DNA of 64,000 nucleotides, from the NCBI GenBank assembly GCA_965204755.1, contig OZ242011.1:2848001-2912000 (forward strand), read 5' to 3'. The notes beneath the pieces are model-generated. The model did not search any database and had not been told where the DNA came from. It saw only the letters and a list, made by a program, of their open reading frames with translations. The position numbers were made by a program, and so were the translations under genes. Positions within the stretch are counted from its first letter, which is position 1. Every line of letters starts with the position of its first letter. This DNA is from Candidatus Marinacidobacterium sp. Its GTDB lineage: Bacteria > Acidobacteriota > Vicinamibacteria > Marinacidobacterales > Marinacidobacteraceae. Shown piece after piece: positions 1 through 9,344 of this stretch.

Positions 1-2
1 GG

Positions 3-1295
3 GCGAGCCCGTTCGCGGCTCTCCCGAGTCTCCTTCCGGCGGCCCTGCTCGTCCTCGGCATTCCGGCGGCGACCGCCGCTTCGCCGGCGCCGCCGACCGG
101 CTGGTTCGCGGCTTCCGCGCCCGCCGGCGAAGGCGAGCGGTGGGGCGAGCGCTGGTACGAGCCCGCCTCCGGGCTCACCATGGCCTCGTTCGGCCGGCCG
201 GGCGCCTCGGCCGCCGGCCCGGTTCAGGGAATGGGCGCGACGCCGCCGTCCCTCCACTTCAGCGCCTCCGGGACCTACAGTTTCTCCTCGGCGCGGGTCA
301 CCGTGGACGCGCGGGTCGCGGAGGGGTCGGAGTTGACGGTCCGGCTGACCGATCCGTCCGGCGGGACCGAGACGCTCTCGATAGAGCCGGGCGGCAGCGG
401 CGCGATCCGCCGCCACACCTGGGTGGGGCAGTTGACCGAGGCCGGACAGTACCGGGTGGAGGCGACGCTCGAGGGCCCGAACCAGGACCGCTGGACGGAC
501 AGCGAGACCCTGACGCTCGACGCCGGCGAGCCCTCCTGTTCCGTTTCCGTCTCCGTCCCGGAGGGCCCCACCGAGTGGTGGCTCACCGAGATCACGGCGA
601 ATGTCTGCGAGAGTTCCGCCGCGACCGGCGACCTCGCGACCGCCTATGTGGTCGTCGAGCGCGACGGCGTCCGCATCGCCTCGATGGACATGTCGGACGC
701 CTGCGAGCGCTCCTTCTTCATCCCCGAGGGCGGTGACTATGTGGCGAGCGCGGAGATCCACGACGACCGCGGCGTCTCCGCGACCTGCTCCAGCAGCGAT
801 GTCGGCGTCGATGAGCGGTATCCGCGCGCCTGGCTGACGCTGGACCTGGCCGGCGGCGCGCTCCGCTCGTCGCGCGAGGACATCGTCGACGCTCCGGCCA
901 CCGCCGCGCTCGGCGGGGGCGGCCTCGGCCTGACGGTGCCCTTCCGCTCCGGGCCGGGCGGCTCGCTCGCGTTCTCGGCCCGGGTCGCCGGCGGGCGCGC
1001 CCACCGGAACTGGCTCGGCGCCGCGGCGGACGCCGCCCTGACCTACCAGGGCCGCGCCGGATTCCTCGGCTTCGGGGGCGGACTCTGGGGCATCGGCGAT
1101 CCGGAACTGGTGGATGTCGGCGTCTTCGGCACCGGCGGGATCAACCTGCCGGGCGGCCCGCTGGCCGGCCCCACCCAGTTGTTCGTCGAGGGGAGGCTGT
1201 TCGCCAAGCACTTCGACGACTGGCGCAACAACTACTCGGTGCTGGGCGGGCTCCGGTTCAACTTCAAGCCCCACCACCGACTCCGGCGCCGCTGA
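3..1295 (+). CDS. Secreted/outer-membrane protein (5'-partial): Ig-like N-terminal region with a C-terminal beta-barrel-like domain
   Basis: ORF 180..1295 stays open back to the window edge, where it encodes a hydrophobic signal-like stretch (LLPAALLVLGIPAATAA). The C-terminus has amphipathic beta strands ending YSVLGGLRFNF. Confidence 0.55.
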   Translation, partial: ASPFAALPSLLPAALLVLGIPAATAASPAPPTGWFAASAPAGEGERWGERWYEPASGLTMASFGRPGASAAGPVQGMGATPPSLHFSASGTYSFSSARVTVDARVAEGSELTVRLTDPSGGTETLSIEPGGSGAIRRHTWVGQLTEAGQYRVEATLEGPNQDRWTDSETLTLDAGEPSCSVSVSVPEGPTEWWLTEITANVCESSAATGDLATAYVVVERDGVRIASMDMSDACERSFFIPEGGDYVASAEIHDDRGVSATCSSSDVGVDERYPRAWLTLDLAGGALRSSREDIVDAPATAALGGGGLGLTVPFRSGPGGSLAFSARVAGGRAHRNWLGAAADAALTYQGRAGFLGFGGGLWGIGDPELVDVGVFGTGGINLPGGPLAGPTQLFVEGRLFAKHFDDWRNNYSVLGGLRFNFKPHHRLRRR

Positions 1296-1528
1296 CAACC
1301 CGCGGGAAAAGCGCCCCGCCCTCGGCTCCTCGACCGGAGGGCGCGGAGTCCCTGTCGGGTTTTCGGGCGGAGCGCTCTTCCCGCGGGCCGGCGGCGCGAA
1401 TCGTTGCGCGATTCGCCCTGCCGACTATCGCGGCGAGGGGGACACCCACTCCCCGCACCCCTCCCCACACTCCTCCCCGGTCGACGCTTCGCGCCGACGG
1501 GGGCTCTCCGGACTTTCTCCACGGGCTG
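1296..1528 (+). mobile_element. MITE-like element, copy 1
   Basis: Imperfect terminal inverted repeats CAACCCGCGGGAAAAG ... CTTTCTCCACGGGCTG; near-identical to 1533-1754 and to the reverse complement of 34017-34237; no credible coding content. Confidence 0.75.
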
Positions 1529-1532
1529 TCGG

Positions 1533-1754
1533 CAGGCCGCGGAAAGAGCGCCCCGCCCTCGGCTCCTCGAACCGGAGGGCGCGGAGTCCCCGTCGGGTTT
1601 TCGGGCGGAGCGCTCTTCCCGCGGGCCGGCGGCGCGAATCGCTGCGCGGTTCCCCCCGCCGACTATCGCGGCGAGGGGGACACCCGCCCCCCGCACTCCT
1701 CCCCGGTCGGCGTCTCGCGCCGACGGGCGCTCCCCGGACTTTTGCCACCGGCTG
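1533..1754 (+). mobile_element. MITE-like element, copy 2 (tandem with copy 1)
   Basis: CAGGCCGCGGAAAGAG ... CTTTTGCCACCGGCTG; separated from copy 1 by TCGG; the dimer is flanked by TGA at 1293-1295 and 1755-1757. Confidence 0.75.
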
Positions 1755-1972
1755 TGATCGTCCGCGCCGGGGGCGCCGGCGTTTCGCCGACCGCTTCGGG
1801 CTGTTTGGCCGGAAGCGCCGGACTTCGGCCGGACTTCGCCGGTCCGGTGAGATGCCGGCCACGACTCCGTTCCGGCTCGCCGGCCGGGCCTCGCGGCCGC
1901 TCGATCCCGCGCTGCGGCCCGTCCCCGCGCTGACGGCCGCTCTCGGCGCCGCGCCTTCGAGGCCCGTGTCCC

Positions 1973-2245
1973 GTGCCGGTTCCCGCCGGTCGTAGCCGCC
2001 CCGTCGGGCGGCTCGCGGCGCTCCCGGCAGTCGTCGTCGCGCTCCACCTCGCGGGGTCGCTCGCGCCGGCGGAGCCGCGCCTGCTCGGCGTCCCGCTCGG
2101 CCTCGCGCTCCAACTCGGCGTGGTGGCGGCGTCCACCGCGGCGCTGTGGCTGATCGCCCGCCGGGTGCTCCCGGAGCGGGAACCGGGCCGACGGGAAACG
2201 GGCGCGGCCGAGGAAGGCCCCCCGGGGGAGGGGCCGGCCGCTTGA
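1973..2245 (+). CDS. Small membrane protein, probable solute symporter accessory subunit
   Basis: Two hydrophobic segments (LLGVPLGLALQLGVV); stop overlaps the TTG start of the symporter, a typical arrangement for SSS accessory genes. Confidence 0.55.
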   Translation: MPVPAGRSRPVGRLAALPAVVVALHLAGSLAPAEPRLLGVPLGLALQLGVVAASTAALWLIARRVLPEREPGRRETGAAEEGPPGEGPAA

Positions 2246-3774
2246 CCCTCGCCGTCGTCGGCCTGTACCTGGCCGTTGTCATCGCGATCGGGGTCGCCGC
2301 CCGCCGGCGGGGCGCGGCGCCGGCCACCGCGTCGGCCCGGAGCGATGCCTACTTCCTCGCCGGCCGCTCCATCGGCCCGTTCGTCCTGTTGATGACGCTC
2401 TTCGGGACGAACATGACGGCGTTCACCATACTCGGCGCTTCGGGCGAAGCGCACCGACAGGGCGTGCGGGTCTTCGCGCTGATGGCGACCAGTTCGACGA
2501 TCGTCATACCCCTCACTTTCCTGGTGATCGGCGCCCCGCTGTGGCGCCTCGGCAAGCGATACGGCTTCACCACGCAGGCCGAGTTCCTCGGCGCGCGGTA
2601 CGGCTCGTCCGCGCTCGGTCTGCTGGTGCTGGGCGCGTCGCTCCTCTGGCTCACGCCGTATGTGCTCATCGGGGTGAAAGGGGGCGGAGACGCGCTGGCG
2701 GCGATCGCCGGCCCCGCGGTTTCGCTTCCCCCCTGGCTCGGAAGCGCGTTGATGTGTCTCGTGGTGCTGCTCTATGTGGTGCTCGGGGGTATGCGGAGCA
2801 CTGCGCTGGTCAATACCTTCCAGACGCTCGTCTTCCTGGGGGTGAGCGCGCTCGCCTTCGTCGTCATCACCCGGGGGCTCGGGGGCTTCGGCCCTGCGAT
2901 GGCGCGCCTCGCCGCGGAACAGCCCGACCTGCTGGAGATCGCGGGATCGCGCCGGGAATGGATCCGGATCGCGACTTACCTCTTCGTCCCGCTTTCGACT
3001 TCCTGTTTCCCCCACATCTTCAGCCATTGGATGTCCGCGCGCTCCGCCTCGGCGTTCCGTCTGCCGGTGCTCGCGTACCCGGCGTGCATCGCGGCGGTGT
3101 GGTTTCCCTGCGTCGTCCTCGGCGCGCTCGGCCGGCTCGAAGTGGCGCCGGGCGCTCCCGGGCCGGTCATCATCCTCCTGATCCAGGAGCACGCCGGCAG
3201 TCTGCTCGCCGGCTGTCTCGCCGCCGGCGTCTTCGCCGCCATCATGTCCTCGCTGGATTCGCAGACCCTGGTGATGGGGACGATGCTCACCAAGGACGCC
3301 GCGTCCCGCGTCCCGGCCCTGGCGCGGTGGACCTCCGCGCGTCCGGCGGTCGCCGGCCGGCTGTTCGTCGCGCTCTTCCTCGCGCTGGTCTTCGTCCTGA
3401 GCCTGTCGGCGAGCCAGACCGTGTTCAGTCTGGGGGTATGGGCGCTCTCCGGGTACTCCACGCTCTTCCCGGTCCTGTTCGCTTCGCTCTACTGGCGGCG
3501 GAGCACCGCTTCCGGCGCGGCGGCCGCCGTCCTCACCGGGGCCGCGATCTGGGGCCTGTGCTTCCTCTCCGCCGGAGGCGCTCCGGGCTGGACGCTCGGC
3601 GGGACCGGGGTCGAGCCGGCGGCGGCCATCGTCGTCGGTTCCGCGCTGGCGCTGGTGGCGGTCTCGCGCCTCACCCGGCCGCCGGAGGCGGAGCGGCTGG
3701 CGCGCTTCTTTCCCTCCGGCGGTTCCGCCGCGGACGGGCGGGGCGCCCGGGCGCCCGCCGGGTACGATTCCTGA
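2242..3774 (+). CDS. Sodium:solute symporter family (SSS/PutP/PanF-like) transporter
   Basis: YFLAGRSIG, YVVLGGMRS, AAIMSSLDSQ motifs and about 13 TM segments; TTG start at 2242 inferred. Confidence 0.9.
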   Translation: MTLAVVGLYLAVVIAIGVAARRRGAAPATASARSDAYFLAGRSIGPFVLLMTLFGTNMTAFTILGASGEAHRQGVRVFALMATSSTIVIPLTFLVIGAPLWRLGKRYGFTTQAEFLGARYGSSALGLLVLGASLLWLTPYVLIGVKGGGDALAAIAGPAVSLPPWLGSALMCLVVLLYVVLGGMRSTALVNTFQTLVFLGVSALAFVVITRGLGGFGPAMARLAAEQPDLLEIAGSRREWIRIATYLFVPLSTSCFPHIFSHWMSARSASAFRLPVLAYPACIAAVWFPCVVLGALGRLEVAPGAPGPVIILLIQEHAGSLLAGCLAAGVFAAIMSSLDSQTLVMGTMLTKDAASRVPALARWTSARPAVAGRLFVALFLALVFVLSLSASQTVFSLGVWALSGYSTLFPVLFASLYWRRSTASGAAAAVLTGAAIWGLCFLSAGGAPGWTLGGTGVEPAAAIVVGSALALVAVSRLTRPPEAERLARFFPSGGSAADGRGARAPAGYDS

Positions 3775-3775
3775 G

Positions 3776-4858
3776 ATGGTTTGGCGCGTCTTCGGGCCGG
3801 TTCCCGCAACTCTTCTCGCCGCCGGGCTCGTCCTTCCCCGCGCCGGCCACGCGCAGCCGAACGAAACGACGCCCGGCGAACGCGTCTTCCACACCTTCTC
3901 CATCGCCGCGGTGGACCGGGACACCGGGGAAGTCGGCGTCGCCGTGACCACCCGCAACCCCTGCGTGGGGAACGGCGTGCCCTGGGTGCGCGTCGGCGTC
4001 GGCGCGGTGGCCACCCAGGCGCGCACCCGGACGGCTTACGGCGCGGAACTGCTCGACCTGCTGGCCGCCGGACGGACGCCGGAGGAAGCCCTCGCCGAAC
4101 GCCTGGCCGAGGACGAAGGTAGGCCCCACCGCCAAGTGGGCGTCGTCGCCCTCGCCGGCGGCGCCGCGCAGCACACCGGTTCGGAGGCCCGCGACTGGGC
4201 CGGGCACCGCGCCGGCCCCGACTACGCCGCCCAGGGCAACCTGCTCGTCGGCCCGGAAGTCGTGGACGCGGTGGCCGAGGACTTCGAGCGGACCCGGGGC
4301 GGGGGACTGTCGCTGGCGGACCGCCTGGTGTCCGCGCTCGAGGCGGGCCAAGCCGCCGGCGGGGACGCCCGGCGCGGCCGCCGGCAGTCGGCGGCGGTGC
4401 TGGTCGCCGACCCGCGCCCGGAAGGCGCCCGCCGCGCGGACGGGCTCTCGACCCACATCAATGTCTGCGAGCACGAGACCCCGGTCGCCGAACTGCGCCG
4501 CATCCACGACGCGGTGAGCCAGAAACTCGGTTACCGCGCGCTCTCGCTGTTCGCCGGAGCGGATGTGCTCCAGTTGCGGCTGTTGCTCGAAGAAGCCGGT
4601 TGCGGCGACCCCCCGCCGCTCGGCGAGCCGGACGGGGACGGCGGTTACGACCCGGCGCTTCGCGTCTTCGATCCGCCGCTCGCCGACGCGGTGGACCGCT
4701 GCCGGGAATCCCTCGGCCTCTCGACCCCGGCGAACGGCTCGCCGCCGGGCCTGGCCGACGAGGAGTTCCTTTCCTTGGTCTGGGCCGGCGTCGAGGAGGC
4801 GGGTCGGGGCGACGCGCTGCGCGCGAGGCTGGCCCCGCTCCGCCGGATCACTCGCTGA
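3776..4858 (+). CDS. DUF1028 family (Ntn-hydrolase-like) exported protein with C-terminal peptidoglycan-binding-like region
   Basis: Signal peptide, then [43 protein letters not shown]. Confidence 0.8.
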   Translation: MVWRVFGPVPATLLAAGLVLPRAGHAQPNETTPGERVFHTFSIAAVDRDTGEVGVAVTTRNPCVGNGVPWVRVGVGAVATQARTRTAYGAELLDLLAAGRTPEEALAERLAEDEGRPHRQVGVVALAGGAAQHTGSEARDWAGHRAGPDYAAQGNLLVGPEVVDAVAEDFERTRGGGLSLADRLVSALEAGQAAGGDARRGRRQSAAVLVADPRPEGARRADGLSTHINVCEHETPVAELRRIHDAVSQKLGYRALSLFAGADVLQLRLLLEEAGCGDPPPLGEPDGDGGYDPALRVFDPPLADAVDRCRESLGLSTPANGSPPGLADEEFLSLVWAGVEEAGRGDALRARLAPLRRITR

Positions 4859-4881
4859 CTGCGCCCGCGCCGAGCCGACCG

Positions 4882-5961
4882 ATGCCCCCGACCGCCGCCG
4901 GACGCCCGGTCCGCATAGACCTCCGCTCCGACACGGTCACCCGGCCCACGCCGGCGATGCGGGAGGCGATGGCGGCGGCGGAAGTCGGCGACGATGTGTA
5001 CGGCGACGACCCCACGGTCGCCCGCTTGGAGGAGTGCACCGCGGAAGTTCTGGGCAAGGAGGCGGCCCTGTTCACGCCCACCGGGACGATGAGCAACCAG
5101 GTCGCGATCCGCTGCCACACCGAACCCGGCGACTCGGTCCTCGCGGAGCGCCACGCCCACGCTTGGCTGGTCGAGAGCGGCGCTCCGGCGGCGCTCTCCG
5201 GCGTCACCGTCGTCGGCCTCGACGGCGAGCGGGGGGCGTTCCGTGGCGGACCGGTGCGGGCCGCGTTCCGCGAGCCGCACCCGATGGTTCCGGCGGCGTG
5301 CTACCCGCCGCCGCGGCTGGTGCTGGCGGAGAACACCCACAACTTCGCCGGCGGCGCCGTGTGGCCGCTCCCCCGGCTCCGCGAGATGACCGGCGCGGCG
5401 CAGGACCTCGGCCTCGCTACCCACCTCGACGGCGCCCGCCTCTGGCACGCCGCGGCGAAGACCGGCGTCCCCGAGGCGGAACTCGCCGCCGGCTTCGACA
5501 CGGTGAGCGTCTGCTTCTCGAAGGCGCTGGGCGCGCCGATGGGCTCCTGCCTCGCCGGTTCGGCCGCGGTGGTCGCCCGCGCCCGCCGCTTCCGCCAGCA
5601 GTTCGGCGGGGGCTTCCGGCAGGCGGGAATCCTGGCCGCCGGCGCCCTCCACGCCCTCGAACACCACCGCGAGCGCCTCGCCGACGATCATCGCCGCGCG
5701 CGAACGCTGGCGGAAGGCCTGTCCGCCCTGCCCGGCATCCTCCTCGATACGGAGGAGGTGGAGACCAACATCGTGCGCTTCCGCACCGAAGGCGTGAACG
5801 CCTATCGTTTGGCCGAACGCCTCCTCGACCGCGAAGTCGCCGTCCTGCCCGGTTCCGAAACCGCGATGCGCGTCATCCCCCACCTCGACATCGCCGACGG
5901 CGATGTGGAGGAGGCCCTCGCCGCGTTCGAGTCCGCCCTGACCGCCGCCGCCGCGGCCTGA
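4882..5961 (+). CDS. ltaE: Low-specificity L-threonine aldolase
   Basis: [50 protein letters not shown] (PLP lysine). Confidence 0.9.
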   Translation: MPPTAAGRPVRIDLRSDTVTRPTPAMREAMAAAEVGDDVYGDDPTVARLEECTAEVLGKEAALFTPTGTMSNQVAIRCHTEPGDSVLAERHAHAWLVESGAPAALSGVTVVGLDGERGAFRGGPVRAAFREPHPMVPAACYPPPRLVLAENTHNFAGGAVWPLPRLREMTGAAQDLGLATHLDGARLWHAAAKTGVPEAELAAGFDTVSVCFSKALGAPMGSCLAGSAAVVARARRFRQQFGGGFRQAGILAAGALHALEHHRERLADDHRRARTLAEGLSALPGILLDTEEVETNIVRFRTEGVNAYRLAERLLDREVAVLPGSETAMRVIPHLDIADGDVEEALAAFESALTAAAAA

Positions 5962-5980
5962 CGGGCCGCCCCCCGCGGCG

Positions 5981-6035
5981 CGCGGACTACGCCGTCGAAA
6001 CCCCGCCCGCGGGTCTCGCCGCGCGTTCGGCCCGA
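5981..6035. repeat. 55-bp diverged direct repeat, copy A (3' end of alkB-like gene)
   Basis: Ungapped 45/55 match to 6742-6796. Confidence 0.75.
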
Positions 6036-6742
6036 CGAGAAGGGGAGGCGCCGCCGAGTCGCCGGTTTCGATTCGGCAGCACCTTGCGGAAGGTGAGCGA
6101 GAGACGGCGGCCGCGAAGTCTCCGGCCCTTTCGACTCGATCCGCGCTTCGCCGGTTCCGACTTCCGCCTGGGAATCTCGTGCGTCCAGGCGTACCGCGCT
6201 TCGCCGGCCATGACCGCCACGCTCCGCCGCTCCAGCAGGACCGGATGTTTCCGGGTCTTGTCCTCCGGTCTCCGGAACACCATCTCCCAGTCTTCCAGCA
6301 GACTGATCATCGCGATCCCGTCGTCGAAGCGGTCATGGTCGGTGTGCGCCGCGATTCCCTGATTCCCCCGGTATTCGTTGACGATCAGTTGGTCCGGCAT
6401 CTCCGGCAGCAACCCGTCGCGCACGAGCCGCTCGGCGATCGGCTTCGCCCACCCGGGAAGACTCCCGAGCCGCATCGAGTCCCGCACCGTTCGCTCCCGG
6501 TAGTCGTACCTCCACCCGTAGTGCTGCACCCGCCGCCGGAGTTCCTCGATCCACCCGCTCCGCTCGATCTCCCGGACGACGACGGCCTCCTCGTCTTCGC
6601 TTATGAACTCCGACCGATACGCGAGCCCGGGAACCCCATGGATCCGAACGGTCGCACACGGAAGGTCGCGGCGCACCGGCGGCGCCGGCCCCCTCCCGGG
6701 AAAGAGTCGCGGAAGTGGCGCGACTCCCGGAAACTCGTCCAC
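5987..6742 (-). CDS. AlkB-family 2OG-Fe(II) dioxygenase
   Basis: 3' part of ORF 5987..7798: RRVQHYGWRYDY, NEY..QGIAAHTD (HxD), WTHEI (H), RLSLTFRKV (RxxxxxR); GTG start at 6742 inferred. Confidence 0.85.
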   Translation of the reverse strand: MDEFPGVAPLPRLFPGRGPAPPVRRDLPCATVRIHGVPGLAYRSEFISEDEEAVVVREIERSGWIEELRRRVQHYGWRYDYRERTVRDSMRLGSLPGWAKPIAERLVRDGLLPEMPDQLIVNEYRGNQGIAAHTDHDRFDDGIAMISLLEDWEMVFRRPEDKTRKHPVLLERRSVAVMAGEARYAWTHEIPRRKSEPAKRGSSRKGRRLRGRRLSLTFRKVLPNRNRRLGGASPSRRAERAARPAGGVSTA

Positions 6743-6796
6743 GCGAACTACGCGGTCGAAACCCTGCTTGCGCGTGTCACTGCGCGTTCGGGCCGA
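6742..6796. repeat. 55-bp diverged direct repeat, copy B (3' end of MTase gene)
   Basis: Ungapped 45/55 match to 5981-6035; both copies encode ...VSTA-stop on the minus strand. Confidence 0.75.
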
Positions 6797-8349
6797 GTGA
6801 GAGGAAGAAGAGTGGGCATCGCGCCGAAGCGCGCGGGTCGGCCTCCGTTCCGTCGTCCTCCGACGAGGGATTCGGGCACGGGGAAGTCCGCGATGAAGGA
6901 CTTGGCGTAGGACATCCAGCCGCCCTGGTAGGGGCGGCTGGTCTTCCGGACGAAGAACTCCATCTCGTCGGAATTCAGCGCGTCGAGCAAGGCCGAAAGG
7001 CGCATCGGCGCCGCGGGTTTGACGCAGTAGCCCGAATAGAAGGTCGCGCCTTCGTTCTTCGGGGCCTGGAAGTTGGGCCGGCGGTTCATTCCCGAAGTGA
7101 TGAGTTTGCGGCCGAAGCCGGAAACGATCGAAACACTCCGGCCGAACCCGTACCACCTGCGGCGGTCGCCGTTCCCCTTGTCGCGCCGAAGGAGTCGCGC
7201 GCGATTCCCCCGGAGCCAGCGCCAGGCGCGGGGCGCCGAGTCCGCGAACACTCGTTCGGGAAGCAGCCGTCCCCCGGCGTCGTAAGGCCAGACCACGATG
7301 CGGTCCACGGGATCCATGCCTTCCTTCATCACGGAGGCCTTGACGACCGGGCGGCAGAACCGGCTCTCGATCTCGACGCGGCGTCCGTCCGGCGCGCGGC
7401 AGACCTCGAGATCCCCGCCGCCGCCGAGTCGGGGAAGGATGAAGACTTCGTCCGCGAGGGTTTGGAGCCCCACATGGATGTCGGCCACTTCGCCGAGCCG
7501 GGGGCCGCGCGCCCGGAGTCGTTCGAGCCGCCCCCGCTCGGCGGCGGTGAAGAAGATCCAGGGCGCTCCGGGCGCCGCCGGATCGAATGCCGCTTCGCCG
7601 CCGGGCGCGAAACGCGAACCGTCGAAGCGGCGCATCGGCGCCGGCGCGGGCGCGCCGTCCTTTTCGATGACCGTGATTGCCGTGTAGGTGGTGACCGACG
7701 GGAACGCCTGGTGACTGCCGTAGTCGAGCACGCGCACGACCCGGTGGCGCCGGGTCAACTCGGCGCGCAGCGGCGCGCCGGAGTCGGACCGCAGCCAACT
7801 CGACGGGGTGATGAACGCCAGTCGGCCGCCCGGCCGCAGCAGACGCAAGCCGAGTTCGAAGAAGACCAGGTAGAGGTCGGTGGCGCCCCGTACGAGCCGG
7901 AACCTCCCGGTGATCCGCCGCCGCCCGGCCGCCTCGAGGTTCTGCACCCGCACATAGGGCGGGTTGCCCACCAAGTGGGTGAACCGACCGTAGAGCGGCG
8001 AGAGCGCCCCCTCGTCGAGGACGTCCTTCTCGAAGAGTCGAAACCGCAGGCGCCCCTCCGGGTCGGCTCGGGAGACGACCCGCCGCAGCCGGGCCCGGCA
8101 GGCGGCGAGCGCCGCCGGATCCCGGTCCACGCCGGTCATTCGCTTGAGCGAGGCAAGCGCTTCCTCTCGGGGCAGCGCGCGCAGGATCCGTTTCGCCAAG
8201 GGAACGAGGAACGCCCCGTCCCCGCAGGCCGGATCGCAGATCGACGCCCCCGCCAGTTCCGCGGACGAGCGGAGTCCGGCTTCGTCGAGGATCCGCTCGA
8301 CGATCGGCTCCGGGGTATAGACGACCCCATGGCTCTTGACCGGGGTCAC
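6748..8349 (-). CDS. N6-adenine DNA methyltransferase, gamma class (Eco57I/TaqI-like)
   Basis: GVVYTP, DPACGDGAF (motif I), VGNPPYV (motif IV), TDLYLVFFELG; GTG at 8349 overlaps the upstream stop (GTGA). Confidence 0.9.
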   Translation of the reverse strand: MTPVKSHGVVYTPEPIVERILDEAGLRSSAELAGASICDPACGDGAFLVPLAKRILRALPREEALASLKRMTGVDRDPAALAACRARLRRVVSRADPEGRLRFRLFEKDVLDEGALSPLYGRFTHLVGNPPYVRVQNLEAAGRRRITGRFRLVRGATDLYLVFFELGLRLLRPGGRLAFITPSSWLRSDSGAPLRAELTRRHRVVRVLDYGSHQAFPSVTTYTAITVIEKDGAPAPAPMRRFDGSRFAPGGEAAFDPAAPGAPWIFFTAAERGRLERLRARGPRLGEVADIHVGLQTLADEVFILPRLGGGGDLEVCRAPDGRRVEIESRFCRPVVKASVMKEGMDPVDRIVVWPYDAGGRLLPERVFADSAPRAWRWLRGNRARLLRRDKGNGDRRRWYGFGRSVSIVSGFGRKLITSGMNRRPNFQAPKNEGATFYSGYCVKPAAPMRLSALLDALNSDEMEFFVRKTSRPYQGGWMSYAKSFIADFPVPESLVGGRRNGGRPARFGAMPTLLPLTRPERAVTRASRVSTA

Positions 8350-9047
8350 GGAGTGAGCGCCTTCAACTCGATGCGGAGCGCCATCTTCCGGAAGAAATTC
8401 TCGACGCTGAACTCTTCGTCGAGCGCCTTCCACGCTTGCTCGGTGAGCGGGAGATCGCTGCGGTTGCTCAGGCGGAGCACCGACTGTCGCTCCGGATCGG
8501 TCTCGACGAGTCCGATCGCCATTTCATCGGGAGAATGGACATGTTCGTGGTCTCGACGGAGTTTCAGGTACCGGTCGATGTCCCTCGCCGTGAGCCGCTC
8601 TTCCTTTTTCCCCGCCGGGATCGGGTTTGTCAGGAAGAACATGTTGCCGTACACGATGTTCTGGCGGCGCAGATTCGCTGTCTCGCCGATCTGTTGTTCG
8701 AGGTAGTTGATGGCGTTCTTGCGATACGACGCCAGCACGAACTTGATGTTGATGACCGCGAGCGTGCGGCCCTCTCCCTCGACCGAGACATCCACCCGCT
8801 TGGGGTAGTAGCGGCCCTCGATCGTCCGTTCGCTGTGCGTTTCGGCCGTCTGTCCGATGAGCGTGTATCGCTCGGAGTGACGAAGGTGCCGTCGGAGTTC
8901 GTTCTGAACCCAGCCGTGCAGCGGCGCGAGTTTTTCCGTGGAGCGGGGGCCGGCGCTCAGGAAGGCGGCGAACGACCGCCGCATGGCATCGAGGAACCGG
9001 GAACGGACTCCCGAGTCGGGCGCCTCGGCGGCGGGGTCTTCGGGCAA
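8346..9047 (-). CDS. Putative type II restriction endonuclease (PD-(D/E)xK-like)
   Basis: KRVDVSV...INIKF catalytic-like motif, coupled to the MTase. Start uncertain (TTG 9047 chosen; ORF open to 9275). Confidence 0.6.
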   Translation of the reverse strand: MPEDPAAEAPDSGVRSRFLDAMRRSFAAFLSAGPRSTEKLAPLHGWVQNELRRHLRHSERYTLIGQTAETHSERTIEGRYYPKRVDVSVEGEGRTLAVINIKFVLASYRKNAINYLEQQIGETANLRRQNIVYGNMFFLTNPIPAGKKEERLTARDIDRYLKLRRDHEHVHSPDEMAIGLVETDPERQSVLRLSNRSDLPLTEQAWKALDEEFSVENFFRKMALRIELKALTP

Positions 9048-9261
9048 GAGGGAGCGGCTCGCGAAGGGGCGTGTGCCGCAGCGGGGCGAACCGGTAGAAA
9101 GCGTACTACGCTGTGGTCGGAAGACGGGACAGGCGCCGCGGGCTCGGCGCATCCCACCGACCGGCGGCGGAAAGACCGGACTTCGGAGCACCGAGGAGCG
9201 TCCCGTCGCCAGGGGCAGACGCGGGCCGTGGCCGCCGGGAGTTCGGGTTCGCATCCACGGG

Positions 9262-9284
9262 ATGATAACAGACATTTGTCTGTT
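9262..9284 (-). promoter_or_regulatory. Palindromic operator AACAGACA-TT-TGTCTGTT overlapping an extended -10 (TGTTATCAT on minus strand)
   Basis: Perfect 8-bp arms (9267-9284) in an AT-rich patch upstream of the REase-MTase-AlkB genes. Confidence 0.55.
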
Positions 9285-9344
9285 TTGTTGCCGTGCGGGA
9301 GGCCCCGCGGCTGACGGGTCGTGGCCGCGGGGGCCGGGTTGGGG

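Noticed and set aside
1114-2327. ORFs crossing the MITE dimer
   Set aside because: Low-complexity translations of a repeat with no protein motifs.
6742-6796. Integron attC site
   Set aside because: Only a weak CGAAC...GTTCG hairpin; it does not fit RYYYAAC/GTTRRRY and no integron integrase is in the window.
5987-7798. 603-aa ORF suggesting an MTase-AlkB fusion or frameshift
   Set aside because: The MTase has its own stop at 6748 and the upstream part of this ORF is an off-frame shadow; no slippery site was identified.
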